From the NCBI GenBank assembly GCA_018303825.1, contig JAGVXK010000020.1:1-64000 (forward strand): 64,000 bases of DNA. Direction: 5' to 3'. Origin of the DNA: Candidatus Pacearchaeota archaeon. Lineage in GTDB: Archaea > Nanobdellota > Nanobdellia > Pacearchaeales > GW2011-AR1. Shown here piece by piece: positions 1 to 8,903 of the stretch (position 1 is the first letter of the stretch; each line of letters begins with the position of its first letter). The notes beneath the pieces were generated by a model. That model was given only the letters and a program-made list of their open reading frames with translations. It was not told the DNA's origin and ran no database searches. The position numbers were made by a program, and so were the translations under genes.

Positions 1-184
1 TTGCAACAAACTCTCCCTGAAAGTAATATTTTTTAGAATAAATAAGTACGCAATTCATCCGTTAGCTAAAGCTTAACGGATTTCTTGCTAACATTTAAAC
101 AACTTTAACGATAGATATTAGTGTATAAGATAATGAATTAGTGGGATTGGTTTGGTGCAAAATTAAAAATAAGTTAAAACAAAC

Positions 185-562
185 TCAGACCAAGAAATCA
201 ACTTTGTCTTTTGCCTTTGCGGGAGGAGCTTTATGGATTTCTGCAAACTTTGGAGTTGCAATTATTGTCGTGTCCCCAAATCCGGCAATGCTTCCTTCAA
301 GAGCCTCAACCGTCTTTTTGATTTTAGCTATTGCTCTTTTCAATTCAATGACATCTTTCTGCTTCAAAGGCTTGATATCAACAACTGCAATAGTATATCC
401 TTCCCTTAATGAGTTAAGAATTTCATTAACATCATCAAATGTTTTTAGCAAAAATGGTTTTACAATTATCTTACTCTCTTTTGCTTCCCCAGAACTGAGG
501 TCAATTTCAACATATTCCTCCTCCCCGCTTTTGCCGAACATCTTTTTTAAGTTAAAAGCCAT
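185..562 (-). CDS. sepF: Cell division protein SepF (archaeal)
   Basis: 125 aa with LREGYTIAVVDI...LKRAIAKIKKTVEALEGSIAG pattern; ftsZ present in the same window. Confidence 0.85.
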   Translation of the reverse strand: MAFNLKKMFGKSGEEEYVEIDLSSGEAKESKIIVKPFLLKTFDDVNEILNSLREGYTIAVVDIKPLKQKDVIELKRAIAKIKKTVEALEGSIAGFGDTTIIATPKFAEIHKAPPAKAKDKVDFLV

Positions 563-583
563 GTTAAAAATTGAATAATCCAG

Positions 584-591
584 TTTATAAA
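584..591 (-). promoter_or_regulatory. TATA box (TTTATAAA) with purine-rich BRE; likely leaderless sepF transcript
   Basis: AAAAAGATTTATAAA on the minus strand ends 22 nt before the ATG; the same geometry recurs at many genes here. Confidence 0.6.
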
Positions 592-679
592 TCTTTTTAT
601 AATCGATAGAAACGGTTTGTTATTATTATGTCATAATTAAAATACCATAGATTTGGGTTTATCGATGGTATTTCAGAGG

Positions 680-1015
680 TTATTTTTTTGTTATCTCTGT
701 GTTTACTTCCTTCCTTAACCTTTCAGCTTTCTCTTCAAGTATATTTTCCTGTTTTTCTATAGAATTTACTTTTATTTCAAGGAGTTTTTTCTTCTCCTGA
801 AGTTCGTTTAAAATTAAAGATTTGTCTGCCTTTAACATAATATTGGAAGAAACCTTGTAAACATCCCCGGATGACTTTTTAACCTCCTCAATTGCATTAA
901 TTATCTCGTTTAATTCTACCTGAAAAGACTGTCTTTGCATCAAAAAGTTGTTTGAGTTAACTTCTAAAATCCTTAATTCTTCGATTTTTTTTGACAGCTC
1001 CTTAGAAACTTCCAT
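680..1015 (-). CDS. pfdB: Prefoldin subunit beta
   Basis: 111-aa coiled coil with central VYKVSSNIML hairpin; follows rpl37ae-rpoP as in the usual archaeal order. Confidence 0.85.
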   Translation of the reverse strand: MEVSKELSKKIEELRILEVNSNNFLMQRQSFQVELNEIINAIEEVKKSSGDVYKVSSNIMLKADKSLILNELQEKKKLLEIKVNSIEKQENILEEKAERLRKEVNTEITKK

Positions 1016-1016
1016 A

Positions 1017-1154
1017 TTAAACTGCCTTTAATTTAACAATCTGCGTTCTTGGCTTGTAAAATATCTTACTCCCGCAATTTGGGCAGACAAATCTCTTTTC
1101 CAGTATCTTGCTTGAGATAGGTTTCTCGCAATGAAAGCATTTGTATTGTGCCAT
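1017..1154 (-). CDS. rpoP: DNA-directed RNA polymerase subunit P (Rpo12); not in ORF track
   Basis: Manual translation MAQYKCFHCEKPISSKILEKRFVCPNCGSKIFYKPRTQIVKLKAV: zinc ribbon plus IFYKPR. Confidence 0.9.
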   Translation of the reverse strand: MAQYKCFHCEKPISSKILEKRFVCPNCGSKIFYKPRTQIVKLKAV

Positions 1155-1282
1155 TTTAATTATGAGAAAATTATGTTTTTAAACCTTTGTGGTAACAACT
1201 TTTTTTCTTAAGATTTTTTAAATCTTGCCATATCAACCTTAACTTCTCTGACTTTCTAAGGGTCCTTTTAAACCTTTAGAAA

Positions 1283-1510
1283 TTACTTTTTCTCTTCTAA
1301 ATAGTATGCAGGGCCTGCAAAGACTTTCCCTGTTCGAACATCTTTCCATATTCCAGCAGCAATTCTTTTTACTTTTCCTTTTGGATGGAATGGAGACTGC
1401 TGCTTTTTTCTCTGCAAAGCTTCAATAGCGTTGTATTCTTTTCTTGCAAAAGTTCCAACTCTAGAGCCGAATTTTCCTGCTGCCTTAATTTTTTTTGTCT
1501 TGCTTCCCAT
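1283..1510 (-). CDS. rpl37ae: Ribosomal protein L37ae (eL43), cysteine-free variant
   Basis: AGKFGSRVG, VKRIAAGIWK and FAGPAY motifs; synteny with rpoP. Confidence 0.85.
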   Translation of the reverse strand: MGSKTKKIKAAGKFGSRVGTFARKEYNAIEALQRKKQQSPFHPKGKVKRIAAGIWKDVRTGKVFAGPAYYLEEKK

Positions 1511-1612
1511 TTTAATATGTAATATATATAAGGTGAAAATAGGCTTTTTAAATTATGCTGTCCATGGATGAATTTGCTAAAGATTTTTATATATACTTAA
1601 TTTGAACTTGGG

Positions 1613-1708
1613 ATGGCAAAAAAGAATATTATTATAGAAAAAATATTGTTTTGGATTGGAGTAATTATAATCGTAGCATTATTACTGAGAATTTTTAGGA
1701 TAATATGA
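1613..1708 (+). CDS. Small single-pass membrane peptide (31 aa)
   Basis: MAKKNIIIEKILFWIGVIIIVALLLRIFRII; ATGA overlap with the next ORF. Confidence 0.45.
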   Translation: MAKKNIIIEKILFWIGVIIIVALLLRIFRII

Positions 1709-2058
1709 ATTCAAAAGAAAGATTAAAATTATCCTGGAAAATAACTAATCACATTAATAAGAAGTTCTGCAAAAATAGGTTAATAATTGATAAAATATTG
1801 TTTTTTAATTCAATTAGAAAATCAAAAGGATGTGGAGTTGTTCATGGATTTTATGATTCTAATAGTAAAATGATAGGGATAAAAAATGATATTTCTTTGA
1901 TTGAACAAATAGAAACACTTTGTCATGAATTGACTCATGCATATCAGCACCAAATTGAAAAAAACAACAAGTTAGTACATAACAAAGTAGGAAACAAGAT
2001 ATTTAGTAAGTTTATGAAGTCTACAGAAGATATATTAAAGATTTCATTATCAAGATGA
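1705..2058 (+). CDS. Zincin-like metallopeptidase domain protein
   Basis: TLCHELTHAYQH HExxH motif, IrrE/ImmA-like context. Confidence 0.6.
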   Translation: MNSKERLKLSWKITNHINKKFCKNRLIIDKILFFNSIRKSKGCGVVHGFYDSNSKMIGIKNDISLIEQIETLCHELTHAYQHQIEKNNKLVHNKVGNKIFSKFMKSTEDILKISLSR

Positions 2059-2540
2059 ACGAAGATTTAAGGAAAAAGATAGAACAAATGGTCAAAGAAG
2101 TTTCATTTCTAAGAGGAGTCGTCATAACTAAATCAGTTGATGTGGAGTTGATGATTGGAGCGATTATCACCAATTATTTTGCTTTATCAAATAAGCATTC
2201 TGATTTTTCAACAATGGTTCTTTCAGACCCTTACTTCTCTTTTGGGTTAAAGATAAATATATTGAAGAAAATCTTAAATAAAATAAACTGGTCATCATAT
2301 GATGGTTTTAAAGAAGATTTACAAAGGATAGATACGCTTCGAAATAGGTTTGCTCATGCTCATATGTTTGGTTTTGAAGGAGATTTGGCTTACCCTGCTG
2401 GGGAGAAACCATTGAAGGTCAAAAAAGCCAAAGAGATGTATGATGAGTTTATTCCTATATGGCTTAAGGTTTTTGAAGAACTAGATAACGTCTTCTGGCA
2501 GATAATTGATAAGCCAAAACCTGTAAAAAAATTCGGTTAA
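2055..2540 (+). CDS. HEPN-like domain protein (putative RNase)
   Basis: Helical protein with LRNRFAH (R-x4-H); ATGA overlap with the HExxH ORF. Confidence 0.55.
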   Translation: MNEDLRKKIEQMVKEVSFLRGVVITKSVDVELMIGAIITNYFALSNKHSDFSTMVLSDPYFSFGLKINILKKILNKINWSSYDGFKEDLQRIDTLRNRFAHAHMFGFEGDLAYPAGEKPLKVKKAKEMYDEFIPIWLKVFEELDNVFWQIIDKPKPVKKFG

Positions 2541-2610
2541 ATCAGATACTTATTTTAACCACTTTTTAGAGGTTGGAAGATATTTTAAAGCAGGAAACAG
2601 ATATAAAACA

Positions 2611-2760
2611 ATGAAAAAGAGAGTTTCAAGATTGTTGAAGCAAAGAGATGAAATTGATAGAAAATTAACAGAATTAGATAATAAGAAAGAAGATTTAGAA
2701 AATATTAAGATGTATCTTCAAAGAGAGAAAGAGAACATCACTCAATTAATAACCAATTAA
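2611..2760 (+). CDS. Small coiled-coil hypothetical protein (49 aa)
   Basis: Manual ORF MKKRVSRLLKQRDEIDRKL... Confidence 0.35.
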   Translation: MKKRVSRLLKQRDEIDRKLTELDNKKEDLENIKMYLQREKENITQLITN

Positions 2761-2775
2761 ATTCTGTGTAAAATA

Positions 2776-2967
2776 TCAAAAACCGATTTCTTCCATTACT
2801 GTTTGAATATCATGTCCAGGTTTGTAATCTGGATTTTCTTTAGCTCTTTTTTCTTTCTCTTCTTTTGTTAAAGGTCTTCTTATTTTTATGAACTTTTCTA
2901 TTTCCTTAACTCTCTTTTCTAATAAATCAATTCTTTTTATTATCTCATCAGATTTATCTTTAGCCAT
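2776..2967 (-). CDS. Hypothetical protein
   Basis: 63-aa charged ORF with a TATA-like element upstream. Confidence 0.5.
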   Translation of the reverse strand: MAKDKSDEIIKRIDLLEKRVKEIEKFIKIRRPLTKEEKEKRAKENPDYKPGHDIQTVMEEIGF

Positions 2968-3057
2968 ATATTTAGATGGAGTTCGCTTTATTTAAAGTTT
3001 TTGATAAGTAATTGTAAAATTAGTTTTAGGTAAGTTTTTATATAATGCTTTATAGAT

Positions 3058-6000
3058 TTGAGTATGGATAAGGAAAGTGCCAAAATAAAAATACTTGAAA
3101 AAATCCAGATATTTAGAGAACATTTAGAACAATATAAACTGAACTCTTATAAAGAGGATAGATTAAAAACTGAATTTATAGAAGAATTTTTTTTGGCTCT
3201 CGGATGGGATATAACAAATAAACAGGGATTACCAGAACAATACAAAGAAGTTATAAAAGAGGATGAATTAAAAGATGATTTTGGAACAAAAGAACCTGAT
3301 TATGCTTTTAGACTTTTTGGTAAAAAACATTTTCTTGTGGAAGTTAAAAGACCTTCGGTAAATATAGATAAAAAGTTAGCTCCAGCATTACAATTAAGAA
3401 GATATGGTTGGAACGCTGAAATATCAATAGGAATATTAACTGATTTTGAACAATTTTCAGTTTATGATTGCAGAATTAAACCTAAAGAAACAGACAAACC
3501 AGATGTTGCAAGGATAATAAATCTTACTTTTGAAGATTATGAAAAAAGATTTGATGAAATTTATGACACTTTTTCTAAAGAAGCTGTAAGCAAGGGTAGA
3601 TTTGATAAATTCGTTTTTTCAAACAAAGATAAGAGGGGAACTTCTGAGGTTAGTAATGAATTTTTAAAAGAAATTGAAAGATGGAGAGATAATTTAGCAA
3701 AGAATATAGCTCTGAGAAATACAAAAATAACTATAAATGAGCTAAATTATGCTGTTCAAAAGATTATAGATAGAATTCTCTTCTTGATTATATGTGAATA
3801 TAAAAGTATAGAAAAATATGGAAAACTAAATGAAATATCTAAAAAATTAGATATATACAAAAATCTTATACCCTATTTCAAAGAAGCAGATGATAAATAT
3901 AATAGTGGTATTTTTGATTTTGCGAAAGATAAACTAACTCCCGACTTACTAATTGACGATAAAATATTAAAAGAAATTATTAACAATCTTTACTATCCTA
4001 AATCACCTTATGATTTTTCAGTTTTACCTATAGAGATTTTAGGTAAAGTGTATGAGAGATTTCTAGGGAAAACAATTAGACTAACTATTTCTCATCAGGC
4101 AAAAGTAGAAGAAAAGCCAGAGGTAAGAAAAGCAGGTGGAGTTTATTACACCCCAGAATTCATAGTTGATTACATAGTCGAGAACACAATCGGGAGAATA
4201 ATCAAAGGCAAAACACCTAAACAGATAGAAGGCATAAAAGTTTTGGATTCGGCTTGTGGTTCTGGAACTTTCCTAGTCAGAGCATATACTTATATTCTGA
4301 ATTATCTATTAGAGTACTACAAGAAAAATCCATTAAAATATAAAAAAGAAATTTATCAAGTAAAAGAAGGAGTCTGGTTTTTGACAACTGAAATAAGAAA
4401 GAATGTTTTATTAAACAACATATATGGTGTTGATATTGATGCACAGGCAGTAGAAGTAACGAAGTTAAGTCTTTTATTGAAAGTTCTTGAAAATGAAACA
4501 AAAGAATCAGTTAATCAACAATTAAAGTTATTTAAAGAAAGAGCCCTGCCAAATTTAGATAATAACATCAGATGCGGTAATTCTGTGGTTGACTCTTCCT
4601 ACCTTGAGCAAAAAAAATTAGATGAATCCCTGGAAGAGTTAAGTAAGATTAATCCTTTTGATTGGGAAAAAGCATTTCCTTTCAAGTTTGATGTCATTAT
4701 AGGAAACCCACCATATGTTAAAGAATATACTAACAGAGAAATCTTTGAACCAGTCAAGAAAACAAATATGAATAAATATTACCAAGGAAAAATGGACTTT
4801 TGGTATTTGTTCACTTGCAAGGCATTAGATTTACTTAAGGAAGGGGGGCTTCATAGCTATATAGCCCAAAATAATTGGGTAACAAGTGCAGGGGCTTCTA
4901 TTTTAAGGAATAAAATATTATCTGATTCTAAGATAATTTCTTTCTTTGATTTTAATGAATTTAAAGTATTCAAAGAAGCAAGTATTCAAACGATGGTATT
5001 TATATTAGAAAAGGAAAAGGTTAGCCGTGGTTATTCTATCGATTATTATAAAATTATAAATGAAGATATTTCAAAAGAAGAGTTAGCTAATTATCTGATA
5101 ACTAAGAAAGATGGAGAAAAGATACAGAAGTTTAAGGCAAAGATTAATCCTCTTGAACTAAAAGATAAATTGATTGGTTTTACTAATAACCAGATTGGAG
5201 AGATATTAGAAAAAATAAAACTAAAAGGAAATTATTATTTAACAAAAGACAATGTTGCACAAGGCATTGTTTGTCCGCAAGAGTTTGTTATAGAATCCCA
5301 TATTAAAAAATTAGGAGATTCTGTTAAGAGGGGAGAAGGAATTTTTACTCTGAAAACCGAAGAGCTTAATAAATTAAAACTAACAAAAGAAGAAAAAAAA
5401 GTAATTGAGCCCTTTTATACCTCGGAGCAATTGTTTAAATATTCTGGAAAACCAGAGAATAAATTATGGATTATTTATTCTGATATGAATATAAGAAAAA
5501 ATATTAAAGAATACCCTCATATAAAAGAACATCTTGACAGATTCAAAGAAGTTATAACCTCGGACTTTGCTCCTTATGGATTACATAGGGCAAGAGATAA
5601 AAGTTTCTTTGAAGGAGAGAGAATAATATCTTTGAGAAAAACAGATGTTCCTTATTTTACATATGTCAATTTTCCTTGCTATGTTTCCCAAACATATTTT
5701 ATCATAAAACCAAATAATATAAACTTAAAATATCTCACAGGATTATTAAATTCAAGGCTAATTAATTTTTGGCTTTATCATAAGGGTAAAAGGCAAGGGG
5801 AACAATTACAAATAGATAAGGAACCATTATTAGATATTCCATTAATCAATTTAGAAAATAGGGAGATTATTGAATCAGTAGATTCAATAATAGGATTAAA
5901 CAAACAATTAGAGAGTCTTAATTTAGAAAAGGAGAGAGAATTAATAAAAAAACAGGTTGATGTTTTAGTAAAAAGAATTGATAATGTTGTTTATGATTTA

Positions 6001-6063
6001 TACAAAATAAGTAAAGAGGAAAAAGACATTATAGAGGAAGGTTTAGGTCAGTCCTCTTCTTAA
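3058..6063 (+). CDS. Type IIG restriction-modification enzyme (fused endonuclease, N6-adenine methyltransferase and TRD)
   Basis: PDY...EVK nuclease motif, VLDSACGSGTF (motif I), NPPY (motif IV), TaqI_C-like C-terminus. Confidence 0.9.
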   Translation: MSMDKESAKIKILEKIQIFREHLEQYKLNSYKEDRLKTEFIEEFFLALGWDITNKQGLPEQYKEVIKEDELKDDFGTKEPDYAFRLFGKKHFLVEVKRPSVNIDKKLAPALQLRRYGWNAEISIGILTDFEQFSVYDCRIKPKETDKPDVARIINLTFEDYEKRFDEIYDTFSKEAVSKGRFDKFVFSNKDKRGTSEVSNEFLKEIERWRDNLAKNIALRNTKITINELNYAVQKIIDRILFLIICEYKSIEKYGKLNEISKKLDIYKNLIPYFKEADDKYNSGIFDFAKDKLTPDLLIDDKILKEIINNLYYPKSPYDFSVLPIEILGKVYERFLGKTIRLTISHQAKVEEKPEVRKAGGVYYTPEFIVDYIVENTIGRIIKGKTPKQIEGIKVLDSACGSGTFLVRAYTYILNYLLEYYKKNPLKYKKEIYQVKEGVWFLTTEIRKNVLLNNIYGVDIDAQAVEVTKLSLLLKVLENETKESVNQQLKLFKERALPNLDNNIRCGNSVVDSSYLEQKKLDESLEELSKINPFDWEKAFPFKFDVIIGNPPYVKEYTNREIFEPVKKTNMNKYYQGKMDFWYLFTCKALDLLKEGGLHSYIAQNNWVTSAGASILRNKILSDSKIISFFDFNEFKVFKEASIQTMVFILEKEKVSRGYSIDYYKIINEDISKEELANYLITKKDGEKIQKFKAKINPLELKDKLIGFTNNQIGEILEKIKLKGNYYLTKDNVAQGIVCPQEFVIESHIKKLGDSVKRGEGIFTLKTEELNKLKLTKEEKKVIEPFYTSEQLFKYSGKPENKLWIIYSDMNIRKNIKEYPHIKEHLDRFKEVITSDFAPYGLHRARDKSFFEGERIISLRKTDVPYFTYVNFPCYVSQTYFIIKPNNINLKYLTGLLNSRLINFWLYHKGKRQGEQLQIDKEPLLDIPLINLENREIIESVDSIIGLNKQLESLNLEKERELIKKQVDVLVKRIDNVVYDLYKISKEEKDIIEEGLGQSSS

Positions 6064-6276
6064 CTTATTCATATTAACCTTGCAATAAGTCCTATTACCT
6101 TTTGTTTTACAATCTAAATAACCTAATTTAGAAAGCTTTTCGACATGCTTTTGAGCAGTTACTGGGTGTATTCCTATCGTTTTAGCTATCTTAGAGGGAG
6201 TACTTGCTAATTTATTATCTCTGATGCTTTTTATTATATCTCTGTCAATTGGATGGAATTTTACTTTGTTTTTCAT
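6043..6276 (-). CDS. Winged-helix HTH transcriptional regulator
   Basis: TPSKIAKTIGIHPVTAQKHVEKLSKLGYL HTH plus wing. Confidence 0.75.
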   Translation of the reverse strand: MKNKVKFHPIDRDIIKSIRDNKLASTPSKIAKTIGIHPVTAQKHVEKLSKLGYLDCKTKGNRTYCKVNMNKLRRGLT

Positions 6277-6503
6277 TTTATTTTCTTTAGTTTAATTGAA
6301 TATTCTTTGATATTATCTAATGGGACATTGAAAGTAATTGTATCCCCCTTCTCTATGTTTAATGCCTCGGCTATCTGTGAGGGTATTTGTATTATTAATT
6401 GTCTGCCAGTATCTTGCACTTTTACTTCTCTAATCAAGGTTTTAGGTTCTTCTACTTTAGGGGTAAGTGTATCTTCCTCTCCTCTTTTAAGCGATTTCTG
6501 CAT
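6273..6503 (-). CDS. AbrB/MazE/SpoVT-family DNA-binding protein
   Basis: RQLIIQIPSQIAEALNIEKGDTITF swapped-hairpin signature. Confidence 0.8.
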   Translation of the reverse strand: MQKSLKRGEEDTLTPKVEEPKTLIREVKVQDTGRQLIIQIPSQIAEALNIEKGDTITFNVPLDNIKEYSIKLKKIK

Positions 6504-6594
6504 AATTTATCTAAGTATTACCAATATATAAATTTATCTTTTTTTAATATTACTAAATTTCTATTTTAGAAAGGTATATATAGTAATGAATATG

Positions 6595-6606
6595 AGTAAT
6601 ATTACT
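6595..6606. promoter_or_regulatory. 12-bp palindrome AGTAATATTACT, putative operator
   Basis: Perfect palindrome between the divergent AbrB and transposase genes; partial half-sites at ~6514, 6546 and 6582. Confidence 0.4.
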
Positions 6607-6690
6607 ATATTTCATAGGAAATGTAGAATGTTAGATTATGGCTAACTTTGGCTTAGTTATGGGATAAGCCCATCATATTCAGGAGGAAAC

Positions 6691-7644
6691 ATGGAACAAA
6701 TACCAATACAAAGGCAAAAGATAGTCTATATTGAAAAGAAAGACTATTTAGAACTAGAGAAAAAGAACTTTCTTATAGTCTTGACTGATTTCTTTGAAAG
6801 AACTGATGAAAAGAAGGTTTCGGGTAATGGAAGACCTCCAATTTACTTCAAAGATATGCTCAAATCTTTATTAATCATGGCTTATCATGGAATGAGTTAT
6901 AGAAGATGCAGAAGTGATTTAGAATTAGCAAAGGAGATGGGAATTCTGTATGCTGCGCCTAAAAGAAGCACTCTTTGTAAATATATGAATGAAAAGAGCA
7001 TTAAGGAGCAATTAGTTGATTTAATTCAACAATCTGCTATCTATTTTATTAGTTCTGAAAGTTCTATGATTGTAGATTCTACTTGGTATCCATTAAAGTC
7101 TTGTCATACAGGTTATTTGAAAAAGCCTAATTTCAAGAAGAATAAATCAAAAGAAATACCTCCTCTGTTAAAAACTCGCAAATTGCATGTTGCCCTATTG
7201 AAAAACTCCAGAATAATAGCTTATGCCACAACAAGCAAAGGCACTAAAAATGATTCTCCGTTATTCAAAGAAATTTTGACAAAAGTTATTAATAATGGAT
7301 TCGATATTAAAGTTTTATTGGCAGATGCAGGTTATATGTCAAAATCTAATTATTCCTTTGCTCAAGAGAAAGGAGTAGATAACATATTTATTGACTTTAG
7401 GAAGAATGTAACTGGAAAAAGAGCCAAAAGCAAGGCTTGGAAAGATGCATTTTATCTATGGAAGAAAGATAATGAATATTGGCATGAAAGTTATAGATAC
7501 AGAGTAATCATAGAAGGATTCTTTTCTTTGCTTAAAAAGAAGTTTATGAATTGGTTAAGAACAAGAAAGGCAATTTCAAGAGACAATGAAATGTTATTGA
7601 AAGTTCTGGCTTATAATCTTACTATTCTAGGAAAACGTATCTAA
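6691..7644 (+). CDS. DDE transposase (IS4/IS5-like)
   Basis: IVDSTW, LLADAGY, YRYRVIIEGFFSLLK (YREK-like) motifs. Confidence 0.85.
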   Translation: MEQIPIQRQKIVYIEKKDYLELEKKNFLIVLTDFFERTDEKKVSGNGRPPIYFKDMLKSLLIMAYHGMSYRRCRSDLELAKEMGILYAAPKRSTLCKYMNEKSIKEQLVDLIQQSAIYFISSESSMIVDSTWYPLKSCHTGYLKKPNFKKNKSKEIPPLLKTRKLHVALLKNSRIIAYATTSKGTKNDSPLFKEILTKVINNGFDIKVLLADAGYMSKSNYSFAQEKGVDNIFIDFRKNVTGKRAKSKAWKDAFYLWKKDNEYWHESYRYRVIIEGFFSLLKKKFMNWLRTRKAISRDNEMLLKVLAYNLTILGKRI

Positions 7645-7856
7645 TCCTGGCTAGTCCAATCTTTAAAGAAATTACTCAATGTTATTCTTACTCCAGATGT
7701 TAGCGAAACGATTATACCTAAGATAGAAGCAATCTCTCTATAAGGGCTTTCGTTAATTAACCTTAAAGAAGTAAAAAAGATAACGACCCCAAGTATTAAT
7801 TTTGTAAACATGAATAATACAACAGCCCAATTTAATCCTTTATTTTTCTTAGGCAT
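7641..7856 (-). CDS. Small membrane protein
   Basis: Two hydrophobic segments. Confidence 0.55.
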   Translation of the reverse strand: MPKKNKGLNWAVVLFMFTKLILGVVIFFTSLRLINESPYREIASILGIIVSLTSGVRITLSNFFKDWTSQD

Positions 7857-8052
7857 ATTTTAGTATATCCCAGAATAACTTTAATATTCCGATAATAACA
7901 ATTAATAGACCTAAACCAGATTGCTGAGAATACATAATTATTCCTAAGATTACTAACACGATGCCCCATATGCTAATCTCTGGTCTCTTCTTTGACATAT
8001 CTATATTAATACTTACTGCTCTTTTAAATCTTGTTTTTTTAGTCATAAACAT
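7849..8052 (-). CDS. Small membrane protein
   Basis: Two hydrophobic segments; overlaps its neighbour in operon fashion. Confidence 0.5.
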   Translation of the reverse strand: MFMTKKTRFKRAVSINIDMSKKRPEISIWGIVLVILGIIMYSQQSGLGLLIVIIGILKLFWDILKYA

Positions 8053-8078
8053 TTATAAAGTTGATTTATTTTTAGACA

Positions 8079-8293
8079 ATATGAATAAAAAAGGACATGA
8101 GCATAGTAACTGGATTGAAGCGGTCTTTGCTCTGATAGTTGGATTTTTGATTGTTATATCTGTTCCGCAATTAAAAACATATTTTGACCAATTGGTTGGG
8201 GCAATATTTGCTGGAATAATTCTCGGTCTTATTGTTGCGATAATCATTTTTGTAGTGTGGTGGATACTAAATAAAGAAGGATATTCATTATAA
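8079..8293 (+). CDS. Small membrane protein (likely start MNKKGH inside track ORF 7961..8293; start coordinate approximate)
   Basis: Two TM helices; the upstream part of the track ORF overlaps an opposite-strand gene. Confidence 0.45.
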
Positions 8294-8300
8294 ACACTTT

Positions 8301-8364
8301 TTTATGGACATTTTTCATAGTTTATGGACAGATGCCTCCCTTTGTGGACTATGTCTGTCCATGG
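8301..8364. repeat. 20-bp-periodic motif TTTRTGGAC x3 plus one inverted copy
   Basis: tttatggaca at 8301 and 8321, tttgtggact at 8341, ctgtccatgg at 8355. Confidence 0.6.
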
Positions 8365-8426
8365 CATAATTTGATAGATATATTAAAAGGCATAAATCCT
8401 TATAAGAGTTTAATCAGATTATTTTA

Positions 8427-8729
8427 ATGAATTCATCAGAATATAAAACAGATGATGTTGAACAGTTAACTGACCATACTGGATTGAGGATACTTTCTGA
8501 ACACAGGGTTGCGATGGAAAATTGCGAGAGAGTCAGAGTTTATTGGAATGGAAAAAGAGAGGAAAGTTTTTTTGATTTGGGGATGGCTTTCTCCCTGAAA
8601 AAACCAATAATTCCCATAAATAGATATGATGTTGAAAAAATAGCTGTTCCCGAAAAGAAAAGTTTTGAAAATGTTTTGCTGGTTCTCGACAGGGAAGCAA
8701 AATTGAAATCTGTGAATGATATTTATTAA
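8427..8729 (+). CDS. Nucleoside 2-deoxyribosyltransferase-like protein, possibly N-terminally truncated
   Basis: VYWNGKREESFFDLGMAFSLKKPII; no recognisable N-terminal strand/helix. Confidence 0.5.
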   Translation: MNSSEYKTDDVEQLTDHTGLRILSEHRVAMENCERVRVYWNGKREESFFDLGMAFSLKKPIIPINRYDVEKIAVPEKKSFENVLLVLDREAKLKSVNDIY

Positions 8730-8748
8730 TTTTATTAAAAAACAAAAA

Positions 8749-8821
8749 TGGGGATGCCAGAATTTGAATCTGGATCGCAAGCTCCCAAAGCTTGAATGTT
8801 GCCAGGTTGCACCACATCCCC
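8749..8821 (-). tRNA. tRNA-Pro(TGG)
   Basis: Acceptor GGGGATG/CATCCCC, anticodon arm CAAGC-TTTGGGA-GCTTG, T arm CCAGA-TTCAAAT-TCTGG. Confidence 0.95.
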
Positions 8822-8903
8822 ACTAAATAAACTAATAAGAAATGGCTTTTTAACCTTTGCCTTGTTTGTCCTATTTGTGTGATTCAAAAGAAAAAAATTA
8901 AAA

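Larger units (their letters stand above)
1558..8364. mobile_element. Putative accessory/defence island
   Basis: Very AT-rich block with R-M, HEPN-motif, HTH, AbrB, transposase and small membrane ORFs; CTGTCCATGG at 1558 and 8355; inverted CTGTCCAT/ATGGACAG at 1558/8324. Confidence 0.5.

Noticed and set aside
1598-1620. Possible att copy of the tRNA-Pro 3' end at the island's left edge
   Set aside because: Only scattered short matches (aatttgaa, gggatg) in the wrong order, and no integrase in the island.
6630-7670. Terminal inverted repeats tightly around the IS4/5-like transposase
   Set aside because: The stop codon overlaps the next gene and no inverted match to the upstream region was found.
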